Shown here piece after piece: positions 1-12,300 of a stretch of 64,000 nucleotides of DNA. The stretch comes from Azolla caroliniana. Taxonomy: Eukaryota > Plantae > Polypodiophyta. The stretch lies in assembly GCA_043228905.1 (NCBI GenBank), contig JBHGNT010000011.1, positions 5,270,001 through 5,334,000 of the forward strand. The letters run 5' to 3'. The notes below the pieces were generated by a model. The model had not been told where the DNA came from. It was given only the letters and a program-made list of their open reading frames with translations, and did not search any database. The stretch's first letter is position 1; the number at the start of each line of letters is the position of its first letter. A program made the translations under genes and the position numbers.

Positions 1-454
1 CTGCCGTCGCAATCTCCAACATTGCGCGTTGTTCTTGTAGCATACGCTCGAACATCTTCATCATGTTGTAAACCTCTTGTTGATTTTCCATCTCCTTGCC
101 ACCTATGTTCACGTTCGGTTCTTGTCGGCATTGGATCATTGCGTGAGTCAGGCGGGAACTACCAAGGTTTTGGACTAAGAGGAGGAGAATTCAAAGGCAG
201 ATAAGAATATGAGATTGGAAGAGAAAGAATTAGACACCTCATGAATCCCTCAAGTGTGTTATATTAGATTAATCAATCCTTAGAATCCTAATAGTATAAT
301 GGAATAGATAGAAGAAAAACCATGAAATACATGTGTGTAATGTAATAGATTAATATTTAGAAACCCAAAAAATCATCAATCCCTACATTTTGCTTCCCCC
401 ATCCTTATATAGTGATGGGAGAGATAAAATATATATTGCTACATGCAAGCATGA

Positions 455-660
455 TGCTTTTCTCTAACTCGAGTGTTCATGCACACTAGATGTGCATGAT
501 TAGTTTTTTTTATTTTTATCATACTTTTCTTTTAACTCAAGTGTTCATGCACATTAGATGTACATGAATAACTTTCTCTATCACGCCTTTTCTTTTACTC
601 GAGTGTGTATGCATGAATAACCCTTTCTATCATGCTTAACTAGAATATTTACGTGGAATA
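455..660. repeat. Degenerate tandem repeat, about 3 copies of 55-70 bp
   Basis: Recurrent CTTTTCTYTAACTCRAGTGTTCATGCAC...GCATGAATAACT core. Confidence 0.7.
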
Positions 661-700
661 ACTTTTGTCTAACTAGAATCTATAACTTTAATACTCATAA

Positions 701-770
701 TGTGTTAGTACAATGGTGAGGCATGAAATTGTTAACATGGAGGTACAGGGTTCAAATCCTGCCCTATGCA
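701..770 (+). other. tRNA-like (Pol III A/B-box) sequence, not a functional tRNA
   Basis: A-box-like TAGTACAATGG and T-arm CAGGG-TTCAAAT-CCTG; no clean cloverleaf. Confidence 0.6.
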
Positions 771-929
771 TGTAAACATAATTATTAGTATTTTCTCATA
801 TTTCTTTATACTTAGTTAATCGGGTACTCCTTATATATTTCATGTAGTATACGAAGTATACTATGACACCGTACGAGATGTACAGAGAGTTGAGTGTAAC
901 GAGGGTGAAAGAGTAAAAGGTTGATGGGT

Positions 930-3265
930 ATGAATGAACATGAACATAGTGGCCCCTATACATAAAGGAGGGGACCCAATGGACCCAAATACATATAGCA
1001 CCATTATGATAGGTCATACACTCGTTAAACTATATGGTGCAGTAATGGAAGAAGTGCTCAGCGATTATATGGAAACATCAAGTCTTCGAGCACCTGAGCA
1101 GCCTGGATTTAGACGAGCCATCTCCACTATTGACCATATCCTCACACCTAGGTGCTTAATTGATTAGACAAAGGATCGTAAGAAGAAATTGTATTGTTGC
1201 TTTGTGGACTTCCGCAAAGTCTTTGACACAGTTCTGAGGGAGAGGTTGTTTGATAGACTTAAAAGCTTGGAGATACCAAATGACATTATCTGGGCCATTT
1301 ACGCTTTGTATGAGCAAGTATCTAGGTGCGTAAGATGCACATGTAGCCTATCCGATTGCTTCATCAATACCATTGGTGTAAAACAGGGTTTCCCCCTATT
1401 ATCGACTCTTTTTGGGATCTACATTGATGAGATCACTGATTTTATTGCTTGTAAGGGAGGCAATGGAGTAGCTATTGGGGGTACGCAAGTTGGACTCTTA
1501 CTCTACGCAGACGACATCGTCTTGCTATCAAAGTCTGAACACGACCTACAAAAGCATCTTAATGCCCTAGATGACTTTTGCACACAATGAGGATTGGTAG
1601 TGAATCTAGCAAAAACTAAAGTCCTAACCTTTCATACATCATCATGAGCTAGGAGTAAATGTCACCTACTCCTCTCTCATAAACTAGTTGAGGTAGTCGG
1701 ATCATATATATATTTGGGAGTCACTTTTAGTGCTTGTTCAGGTAAATTCTCGATGACCCAAGCAGCCAAAGATAGGCTAACAAGAGGGTATGCATCCCTC
1801 TCACTTTTAGAGAGACAATGCCACCATGCATACTTTCAAGAGCCACGAACTAAGGGATGGCGCTTTGATTCATTAGTGACCCCTTCCCTCATTTATGCAT
1901 CAGTAGTATGGGCTCCAGGTTTACCATCTTTCATGTGGATGCAATTAGAGAGACCTTTGGTGATGATGCTATCACGTCAACTCCGAAGCAAATCGACAGT
2001 ACCACATGACATTATTAGAGCAGAGTTTAGTTTGCCCCCGATGTTAGTAGAATCACTTTTCCAAGTGGTAGTTTTTATTCATCGGATACATAGCCAACCA
2101 CAAGATAGGATCTCTCATCGAGCCTTTGAGGCATCCCGATCCCTATATGCATTTGTAGACACTAGCACTGTAGTGAGTTGGTTACTTACAAATGGCATAG
2201 ACATTAATAACCTACCTCCCCTTAAGTACAACCATGGGACTGATCAAACTTTAATATCTCATGAAGACCGTAATAAAGTAATAGACCAAGAAATATGGAA
2301 AATTTACACCCGATATACATGGATCACCCCATGAGAGTCACTCCCATCTAAAATGTTGTACTATAAGGAACACTTCTTACACTTCTCTAAGTTAGGTTTT
2401 ATTACACGACCAAGATATCTAGGTACATTCTTATCAAATGCACTAAGGGTGGCCATTGGACAACTTAGGATATCATCTCACCAACTTGAGATTGAGAATG
2501 GTCGGGTTAATAGAGTCCCTAGAAAGGAAAGGCTATGTAGATTATGTCACATAGAGATAGAGGATGAGTATCACTTTACATGCAAGTGTCCAACCTATGC
2601 CGAGATAAGGGCGGAATACCAAGACATATTAGAACCCTCTCCCACCCTCTCCAAACTATTAGATACCCTGGATATAAAGAGACTAGGTAGGTATATCTTA
2701 GAGCTAAAACAACATAGGGAGAAAAACCTACAAAGTGTTAACCATAACCCTTTTAATATTCATCAACATGTAAGTAGTGTAATTTTTCCGGAACAAGGGG
2801 AGATGATGAATGTGGATACACTTATGCCACTCGGCCTCTCTCTTGAGGAAGTGGAAATGCAAAGAACAATCAAACGCCCTCGGATGTTGGGCTTCAAACC
2901 AACTCGACATGGAGTAGAAACGATTAAGAAGATAAGGGAACGTGAGCTACTCCGACTAGAAGCCATGGTTGGGGTACCTTCTACATTGGGACAACGGGGG
3001 GCCACATCCACATCGAAACCCTTTGAACTCCCGCTTCTTTTCGAGAGACTTGGATGGAGATGAAACTAGCCCTAGTATAAAGCCATTTCATTGTAGAACA
3101 TATTTGTTATTTTACTAGAACTATTTAGCTTAAGCTCTATTTTTATTTTATTTTATTTTTACTTTCGATGAATGACTAAATATCCTATTTTGCTATAAAC
3201 CAATTGTCTCATGGGCCAATTTTAGCCTTAGAAGACATTAATATATCTTTCTTTCTTTCTTTCTC
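930..3265 (+). mobile_element. 5'-truncated LINE (RT plus C-terminal Cys/His domain; RTEX/CR1-L2-group-like), degraded by stops
   Basis: RT motifs PIHKGGD, Q.GFR, FVDFRKVFD, GVKQG and YADD. C-terminal LRISSHQLEIENGR...RLCRLC...EDEYHF..KCP.Y..IR. 3' (CTTT)n tail at ~3248-3265. Confidence 0.9.
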
Positions 3266-3427
3266 CCTCACGTTGAACCCCCTTGGGAGGGGGATGGAGC
3301 CATTCTAGGCACCACCCCCCACCCCACAATGCTTATCAATCTTTGTTGTCATCACCCCACAATATCTCCACCATCACACCGTTCATCGTAATCATTATCA
3401 CTAATCCTAACCCTAAACCTACAACAC

Positions 3428-3690
3428 AATAGTCCACACATACCCTAATCTTGCCATTCTTCTAGGGTACAACGACTATCACACTGAGCTAGGTAGCCTT
3501 CATTACCGGTGAGATAAAGTCGACTCGTAGTAGTTTGTCGATTTCTTCTTTGACCTTGACTGCATAATTTGGATTTAGTCGATGCCGCCTTTTTTGTATG
3601 GGTTTCGCATCTTTGTGTAGATTAATTTGATGTTGATAGAAAGCTGTGTATAATCCTTTCATATACTCAAAGGACCATGCAAACACATCT
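3428..3690 (-). mobile_element. Ty3/Gypsy (Tat/Athila-type) RT N-terminal fragment
   Basis: FAWSFEYMKG...HQINL...PIQKRRHRLNP...VKEEIDKLL...IVVVP*KNGKIRVCVDY. Confidence 0.8.
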
Positions 3691-6600
3691 CGGGAGGATG
3701 TTCATCCTCGATATAAATGACATCGGCACCGCACTGTTGCTAAAGGGCAAAAGGTCGATTCAGATATCAACTTGTGGCAGAAGTAGATCGGCCATGCCAA
3801 CTATCAAAGGCTTCAAGAATTGCAAATGAAACAAGTTGTATTCGGTTTGGCGAAGTTTAGTGGCCGAAAGGGCCAAATTTGTGACGCCTATCAGCTAGGG
3901 AAGCAACACTGACTTCCATTCCCCAATGAGCGAAATCGGAGCCGGAAAAGGCTTGACTTAATACATTTGTATGTATGAGGACCGGCACACAATGTGAGCC
4001 TTGGCGGGAGTCGATAATTCGTCCCCTTCATCGACGACTATAGCCAACACTCTTGGATCTACCTCATTGAAAAGAAGAGTGAAATCTTTGACTATTTCCG
4101 GATGCTAAAAAGTCTGGTAGAAAGGGAAACAAAAACAAAGATCAAGTGGCTACAATCGGATGGCGGAAAAGAATACTTTTCCGGCCAATTCAACTATAAT
4201 CTACAACAAATGGGAATTCAAATGTAGATATACACCGGAACAAAACAACGTAGCCAAACGAAAGTATCGTTTGGTTGTGGATGTGGCAAGGGTAATGCTA
4301 GAGGAGAAGAGCATGCCCAAGTTTTATTGGGCCGAAGCGATTCGGACTGCGGTGTACATCCAGAATCAGATTGGAGAAAAGGTGTCAGCACATGAGTTGT
4401 ACTTCGGACTGAACCGAATTTGAGACACCTGAGGGTATTTGGTAGCATTCCATATGTGCATGTGCCGGATGAGAAGAGGAAGAAGTGGGACACAAAGTCC
4501 GAGAAGTACATATTGGCCGACTACTTACATGAACAGAAGGGGTATTAAGTGTTATAACCCCGAACCAAACAAGTTCGAGTAAGCGGAGGCGTTGTATTCG
4601 ACGTGTCGACATCCTTGTATGCTCTTCCAACTTCGATCCCCGACAAATCCAACCTCCCGATTACAGAGGATGAGGCCAGTGAACCGGACATGATTCGGGA
4701 AGAAGAAGAAGAAGAAGAAGAAGATCTCAGAGCTCTAAATGAGAGACCAATCTCATTTCGGCTAAGTGGGCCAAATGAAGAGCTGAGTGGGCATGTCTCG
4801 CAACATGAAGAGTCGGTGAGTAGTGAAGACTCGGTCGTGCTATCCCCGTGCAAGGAACTGAGGAGAAGGTTCACACGCAAAGAAAATGAGAAGATGAAGA
4901 TGCCGGAGTACGGCACGTATAAAGCAGAATCGGATCTGAGAGAATTGACAACAATCAAAGCAAAGACGGACCGCAAGAGTTGAGGTCCAATGTGGCCAAG
5001 AGGGACCTGAAAATCGGCTAACGAGAAGATGTTAGGATTGGAACCGGCCACAACTGGTTATTCTTATAATATTCGGGTGCAAAGATCAAGAAAGATAGTG
5101 CACAGAGAGGAAAACGTGAAGACAGAAAACACAAGTGTAGAGACACAAGATTTAACATGGAAAGCCCTAAAGGGAAAACCACGTGAAGTCCTCAAACTCC
5201 AAATAGATCACTATATGGTAGGAGGAATATACAATAAGACACTCAAAGGCAATGACCTTGAGTTCTTCTTCGTCAACAGACAATTACAGAGTTACAACTC
5301 TGTTTTTACTCACCTAGTGTCACTCACAGTCAGTTACTAAGGCAACTACCCACTGTGTATTTGTTTACAACTATAATCATTCCTCTACACATAATGTTTG
5401 CCCTAGTTGCATTTGTACATATACAACTTTCTGGCTATTTACATACATAGCCCACAAGGGCGACAATCTACTCGCCACTAGAAGCCGGTGATCCGGTATA
5501 GTTATAATAAGTACATTGCACACCATTACGCGTACATGACGAAGGTGGCAGAAGTCCAAGAGCCGGAGAACTATGCGGAAGCATCACAGGATGCCAAATG
5601 ATGTTTGGGAATGGCAGAAGAAAAGCGGGTACCTGATGCCAACGACATCTGGGACTTGGTTGACCCCTCTAACACTACAAACCGATCGGTTGTAAATGGG
5701 TATACAAAGGGAAATTCAATGCCAACGGTTCGGTCAACCGGTACAAGGCCTGATTGGTGGCCAAGGGATATGCGCAGACCCACGGAATCGATTACGATAA
5801 GAAGACCTTCGCACCGGTGGTGAAGACGATGACAGTTCGTGTGGTGTTGGCAGTCGCAGTAGCAAGGGGGTGGCATCTCCACCATATGAACATCAAAAAC
5901 ACGTTTCTTCATGGTGACCTTGAAGAACATGTATTTACAATCCAACTCCTTGGATTTCAGTCGGAGCTAAACAAGTCGGCAGTATGCTGACTCAAGAAGT
6001 CACTTTACATCCTTAAGCAAGCCCCAAGAGATTGGAACTCCAAAATCATGCAATGGTTGCGTAAGATGGGGTTTGTGGCCTCCAAATCTGACTCTTCATT
6101 GTTCATCCGAAAAGGTTTGAAGGGTCCAGTGTGCATCTTACTAGACGTGGATGATTTGGTCGTCACCACCCCCGATCTTGCTGAAATCGGCCAAGTGATG
6201 TCTTAACTGTCGGCCAAGAGATGAAGGACCAAGGGAACCTTCACTATTTCCTTTGGGATCGAAGTGATCCACACCCTGACGGCATATTGTTTCCTCAATG
6301 ACACTATGTATTGAATATGTTGTACAAGTTCAGTATGAAGAATTGCCGATCCGTCTCTACTCCTCTCGATTGAACCCTAAAGTTACGTCCTGACTCGAGA
6401 GTAGCCTACAATGAAAAAGGGTTCTGCCAAATGGTTGGAAGCCTTATATATTTAACTATCGCCCGACCCAAACTTAGCTATCTGGTTGGGGTGATAAGTC
6501 AATTCATGCAGACACCAACTGTCGAGAACCTTTAGTACGTCCAATGAATATTGCAATATGTGACTGGTAAGAAGGATCAGAGACTGTTGTACCGACACAA

Positions 6601-7774
6601 AATAGTCGAACAGCTAGTCGGCTATACAGATGCCGATTGGGCCAAAGATATGTCAGATCGTCGTTCGACATTAGGTTTCATGTTTTCTCTCAGAAGCAGG
6701 GTTGTAGCATGGAGTAGCAAGAAGCAACCGATAGTGGCCCTATCGAGCACTTAGGTTGAGTATAGAGGAGCCACTGTCGCGACCCGTGTAGCTATATGGC
6801 TTCGGCGACAGCAACAAAACTTACAGGTTGAGGTTCCTACTCTGATCCTGATCTACTATGACAACATCAATAGCATGCAACTCACTAAGAACGTCGTTTT
6901 CCATGCTCACACGAAGCACAAAGAAGTGCATTATCACTTTGTGCGCGAGCAGGTCTGGAGCGGTGAAGTCAAATTCTGGTATGTTCGAACCGATCGGCAG
7001 GTGGCCAACATCTTCACCTAAGCACTTGGATCGGACAAGTTGCTGCACTTTTCGGAGATGCTTGGGTTACAACATCTCGACATGCCGCACTTGAGGGGGA
7101 GACTAACAAGAGAAAACCAAACAAGATGCCGAATCGATTGAAGAAGTCGATACATCCGATAGAGTCCGAACCAACGGCAAAGACAGAGAGTCAAGAAGGA
7201 CAAAACTAACTGGAAGAAAACGACAAGGACCAATACATGGTTGGATGTGGTCAAGGGCTTGAAGACGGAGGACATCGGAGACATGCGATTCAGTCGTGTT
7301 GTTCAATTCCGATGAGCTGAATTACATGAAGGTCGAGCGAATGAGAGGGCAGCTGATGTCGACGCCGACACAGAGGAGTCGATGGGTCAAGAAGCGCCAA
7401 TACCGCGATAGCGAGAGAGCTGAGATGGGCCTAATGAGTAGACAAACCAACCGTAGGGGTCGCAATGCGTAGAGTTGGATGGGTGAAGAACGTTGGATCA
7501 GAGGGGTTGTAGAACGTGGGACCGGACTGGGCGAGGAGCGCGAGCAAGGCGTGAAGATGTCAGGAGAAGCCGAGGCAAGAACTCACCAGAGCAAAAGGAA
7601 CCTCAAGTTGAGCTTGAGGGGGAATGTCGAGAAGCAAGCTTAACATGGGCCGGATTGGATGAAGACCCATCGGCTAAGCCCAGATCGAATCGAAGAGCCG
7701 AATCCATGAGTTGGATCGGTGAGCCGGCATGCCATTGGAGGCCTACGATCCTAGTCTAGTAGACAGGCTTATTT
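3691..7774 (+). mobile_element. Degraded, 5'-truncated Ty1/Copia (family A): integrase, RT, RNase H, 3' extension, PPT and partial 3' LTR (7625-7774)
   Basis: TPEQNNVAKRK, FYWAEA, LVAKGYAQ, GYTDADWA and WSSKKQ motifs; colinear with 25997-31830; PPT CTTGAGGGGGAA then TGTCGAG at 7625. Confidence 0.9.
5030..5461 (-). mobile_element. Truncated reverse-oriented LTR (family B-like) inserted in the Copia A integrase-RT linker
   Basis: Colinear with the LTR at 7775-8334 (ACCGGCCACAAC, GGAAAGCC...GGGAAAACCAC, TAGCCCAYAAGGGC); host reading KSANEKML/RQSTRH resumes after it. Confidence 0.75.
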
Positions 7775-9366
7775 TGTCGAGAATCGTGACCGGCCACAAC
7801 CGGTTTCACGTTCAGATGTTCGGGTGTAGGGAACGCAAAATAGAATGCACTCAGACAGAGTACAAAAACAGAAATAGCACAAGAGACAGAAACACACGAG
7901 TTTAGCGTGGAAAGCCGAAATGGGAAAAACCACAGGGGTCCACAAACCTCGAGAAACAGAATCACTATGCTAGAAGGAGGGGTACAACTAGAAGCTCCCA
8001 GGCAACGACTTCGAGATTCTACTTTGTCAACAAACGGCTACACAATTACAAACTCTCTCACTCTCACTCACACACATTTTACGCAGTTACAGAGGCAATG
8101 ACCTTCTAAGTAACTTTTAACAATAATACGTCATACTCATCATGATTGCCCTAAGTACTTGTACTAGTAGACCTTTTGGGTTATTTACAAGTGTAGCCCA
8201 TAAGGGCATATTTAGACTATTTACAAGTATAGTCTTCCGAGTTGGCTGTCTACACGATTTCGGCCTTGGCCTCGGCCGAGTTTCTCATCAACTCAGCTCT
8301 TCTCTTCCCATTGAGAGGGACCCGTTTCCTAACAAACTCCCCCTTCACTCTTGCATGGGGTACTACACCAATTCCGATCTTCCGTCGGCACGCGCTCTGC
8401 TTTTCGGCTGGTAACACTTTACTCAACATATCTGATCCATTTTCGGCCATGTGGACCTTCACTAGAGCAAACTCCCTTTCTTCTACCCTCTCCCATAGCC
8501 AATGATACCTTCGTTGGATGTGCTGTGTTCTCGAGTGGTAAGCGGCATTTTTTGCAAGGTGCATAACACTCTGATTATCGCAATAGAGTCAAAATTCTTC
8601 CTGCCAAATTCCCAGCTCACTGATAGACTCCATCCATATAATTTCCTTGCAGGCTTCCGTTGCGGCCATGTACTTGGCTTCCGTGGGCGACAACGCCACA
8701 GCCTTCTGCAACCTCGATTGCCACGAGACAGCTCCCCCTGCATACGTCATTATGTATCCGGACGTGGATCGGTTGGTATTTGCATCAGCCGACATGTCCG
8801 AATCCGTGTAGCCTTCCAATGTGGGGTTACCTGAGTCAAAACGAAGACACACGCTCGAGGTGCCTTTCCGGTACCAAAATATCCATTTTACGGTAGCCCA
8901 ATGCTCTTTCCTGAGATTGCTCATATCTCGGCTGACCACTTCCATGGTGTATCCAATGTCCCACCTGGTACACACCATTGCGTGCATCAGCCTTCCAATC
9001 GCCGAGGCATAGGGGACTTTTGACATCTCGGCCTTTTCGGTTTTCGATTGTGGACATTGATCTTTACTCAACTTGCAATTCGTCGGTAGTGTCAAGCTGA
9101 CCAATTTCATGCCTTCCATGCCGAATCTCTGGAGCACCTTTGTCACATATTTCTCCTGTGATAGCCATAGCAATTTCTTTGTTCTGTCCCGAACAATATG
9201 CATACCCAGGATTTTCTTTACCGGACCCATATCCTTCATCGAGAATGACCCATTCAATGCCTTCTTTAGTGCTCGGATCTTCATATGGTCCTGTCCGACA
9301 ATTAGCATGTCGTCCACATACAACAAAAGGATGAGGAAATCTCCTCCATCAAACTTCTTCACAAAT
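7775..9366 (-). mobile_element. 3' portion of a Tnt1/Tork-like Copia (family B): RT/RNase H, PPT, 3' LTR 8334->7775
   Basis: LLLYVDDMLI, GYTDSDM, VSWQSRLQK and YHSRTQHI motifs; PPT GAAGGGGGAGTT followed by TGTTAGG; LTR ends CA at 7775. Confidence 0.9.
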
Positions 9367-9368
9367 AT

Positions 9369-12300
9369 TGTTACAGGCATGACCATTTAATATCCCGTGG
9401 TGAGAATTTACCGTAGTATTCTATATACGTGGATAAGTGTGAGGGTTAAACGAGAGTGTAAAGAAGGGGAGAATTACTTTTAATCCTCGGGATTGAGACA
9501 ACCCATTAGGTCAAGTGTGAACTTGCCTGGGGGCTTTAGGTATCGCTATAAATAAGAGGCCTAACTACCCTCATTTGATCATCTTTTGACTACATCGAGA
9601 CTCTACTCTTGTGGTGGGTCAACTCTTGTAGCGAGCGCGCCAGCACCAGGTACGACTCGACGCCATGGCGGTGGTATGGGATGCCGATCGAGGCTCGAGT
9701 CTGTCTCGATCCCTTCGCTCAAGGGTGGTCGGGTGGATCGGCACCCTTCTTTCTCTTTCTCCTTTCTATCTATCATTAGTTTATCCTTATCTTAAGCTTA
9801 CTTTAGTACCTAGATCTCTAATATTTGGTATCAGAGCTATGTACTAATGTTTCTTTGTTTGTCTTTTGTCTTTTGATTGATGGTGATCGATCGATGTGCG
9901 ATCGGCCTTGATCCAGACAACGATCAACAAAGAACTTCGGTAACTCTTTCCGTAATTTTATTTTATTTCTTTCTATTCTCTCCTCTCCCATCTAATCATG
10001 TGTTTAGTTTATATGTCATTTTTTTTCATTAAGTCAATGATGTTGTGATCTTTAATTGATTATCTAAAACGTTTACATATGTGCACGAGGTCAATACCTC
10101 GTTTGACATATTAATAATATATGATGAGTGTCGTATGCGTACGAGGTTAATACCTCAATCACGTATTACGTTCTCGAACATATGTTACGTTCGCGTATGA
10201 GTTTAATACCTTGATTTGTTGTAAAGGATATGCGTTTGGTCTCGTATGCGTAAGAGGTCAATACCTCAATTGCATATTACGATGATCTCTTATTTGTGGA
10301 TGTTTCGTGTGCGTAGAGGTATATACCTCGATTACGTATCTCAATCACATCATTTGTGGCTATTTAATATAACGATATGTTTAATATAGGCATATGTGGT
10401 CACGTATATACGTATTTGATCGTATATATGTGATAAGTAAACATGTGTATATTCGTTATTACGTGATTATATCGAAAGTTGTCCTTGTCAGGAAAAGGAT
10501 GTTGGTGGCCGTCCTCACATTTTTTGAGAATGGTGTTGTCACCATCCCTTTTTCAACAATTTTTGATTGTTGACAACCCCGTTGATGACCTCGATTTCGT
10601 TACGTAAAGAAACGCCTATAGCCATAATGATGTTGAGTACGTAGGGTTTGACCCACTTCAAGTGAGGTCGCTCCAATGACATACGTATCCAACATCCCTC
10701 CCTCGTTACATGGATACGATGCCACCATGAGCTCGTTCTTACGAGAGGCATTCGTAATGACGTGACCATGTGATGGGTCGCATGGGTCTACTACGAAACG
10801 AGGGTTCATTTGGCTTGACCATTAGGTTGCACTTTGGCGTATGCCATTGTAAGTACAAGACTTGAGGTTAGGTAACGTACCAACATAGTTTTGGTAAATG
10901 AGGGCGAAATAAGGACCCTTGACATATATGTTCTTTTAAAAAAAACATATATGATCAAATGCCTCGCATATCTTTTATACGCATCAAACATTAAGCATTT
11001 GAGAAGAGAAACTTACTTGGTTGGCTCAAGTGTTTAATGTATTTGTTCTCGAGGTCTCGAGTTCAAATATGACCAAGACCATACAACATCCTTGATACAT
11101 ATGACTATAACACATGTTTAGACTTAAGGTCTAAGTGCACCTCGGGGTCCTCGTAATAGGACTTAAAGAGCCCAAACCACATATGTGGGCAAAGAAACAT
11201 AGTTTATTGTTAACATTTTTTTCGTGTATAAACTATTCATGACGCGAACAAGCCGCCATGAAAAAATCGATATAGAGATCAGGGAAAGACATTAAATTGT
11301 CACCCCCATGGTTTTTAAAACACCTTTGTGTTACCATAGTAACCTTATCTTGAACCTCATCTCATACGTCTAGAGGGGTATTGAGATGAGATCATGATAT
11401 CGATTAATGTTTGCCCATGATATGTTTACATCACGACATGATGTTATGACTATCTCTCTGACCTTATCCTATTTCTTTTCTAGAAATAATCTTTAATGGT
11501 TCAAATTAACGACCCGATGTCATCCGCTCAAGCGGAAGGAACTCAAGGGAATCCTCCTGGATGAATGTCCATTGAGATGTATTTGGCACAAATAACCCAA
11601 TACCTTAGTTTCACCGCTCAACAGATGACCGAACTTCGGCAATCTCAGAGTGCTCTTGAGGCACGTGTCATTAGTCTACAACGTGAGACTAATATACCTG
11701 ATGAGCGACAAGGTGAACCATCATTTGTCGTTAAGCCATTTATGGGAGACAAAAAGGAAAGAACCGAAGAAGCAATCTGCACATGGCTGGGACGATGGGA
11801 GTCCCATTTTGAGCTCTATCCCACACCAGATAGTACGAAGATTGCATATGTCAGCCGAGAACTCGGGGGTAAGGCCGCCGCCTGGTGGTGTGGGCTCCGT
11901 GCGTTGGGGAAATTGCCCGATACCTGGATAGATTTTGTCACAGTTTTCAAGGGCCAATTTCTACAACCTCCCTCTCGAACCGAGGCAGCACAAGCTTTAA
12001 TGAACCTCTCTAGTCGGAAATTTTCCTCACTAGAAGACTATGTCCACCATGCTAGAACCCAAAACCAAAAATCGGGTCTAGAAGGGGATAACTGGTTAAT
12101 AGCTTGTTTTGTCAATGGCATCCCCAATTCGGACTATCATTGGATAGTGCACGATAAGGATCCAAAATCCTTCGAAGAGGCCGTTGAAATAGTTCTTCGC
12201 TATCAACGCACTTTGAAGAAGGACCACAACAAACCCAACGAAGCGCCCGGGACTAAGCAGTTGCAATTTGTTGGGAAACGCAAGACACCCAACGAATTTC

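Larger units (their letters stand above)
1..778 (-). mobile_element. Probable 5' end of an LTR retrotransposon: LTR ~778->257 and an ORF (139->1) running off the window
   Basis: Minus strand starts TGTTTACA at 778 and has TATA-like CTATATAAGG near 405-412. Degenerate 60-70 bp repeats lie at 455-660. The open frame MIQCRQEPNVNIGGKEMENQQEVYNMMKMFERMLQEQRAMLEIATA continues past position 1. No second LTR is visible. Confidence 0.4.

Noticed and set aside
701-770. Functional tRNA gene
   Set aside because: Acceptor and anticodon stems do not pair properly; treated as tRNA-derived only.
3400-3421. CCTAACCCTAAACCT telomere-like motif
   Set aside because: Only about 2 imperfect units; insufficient for an interstitial telomere.
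10075-10340. Hairpin array as a true CRISPR
   Set aside because: Conserved core is only ~14-25 nt and degenerate, it lies in a retrotransposon leader, and there are no cas genes. Kept as a structured-RNA finding instead.
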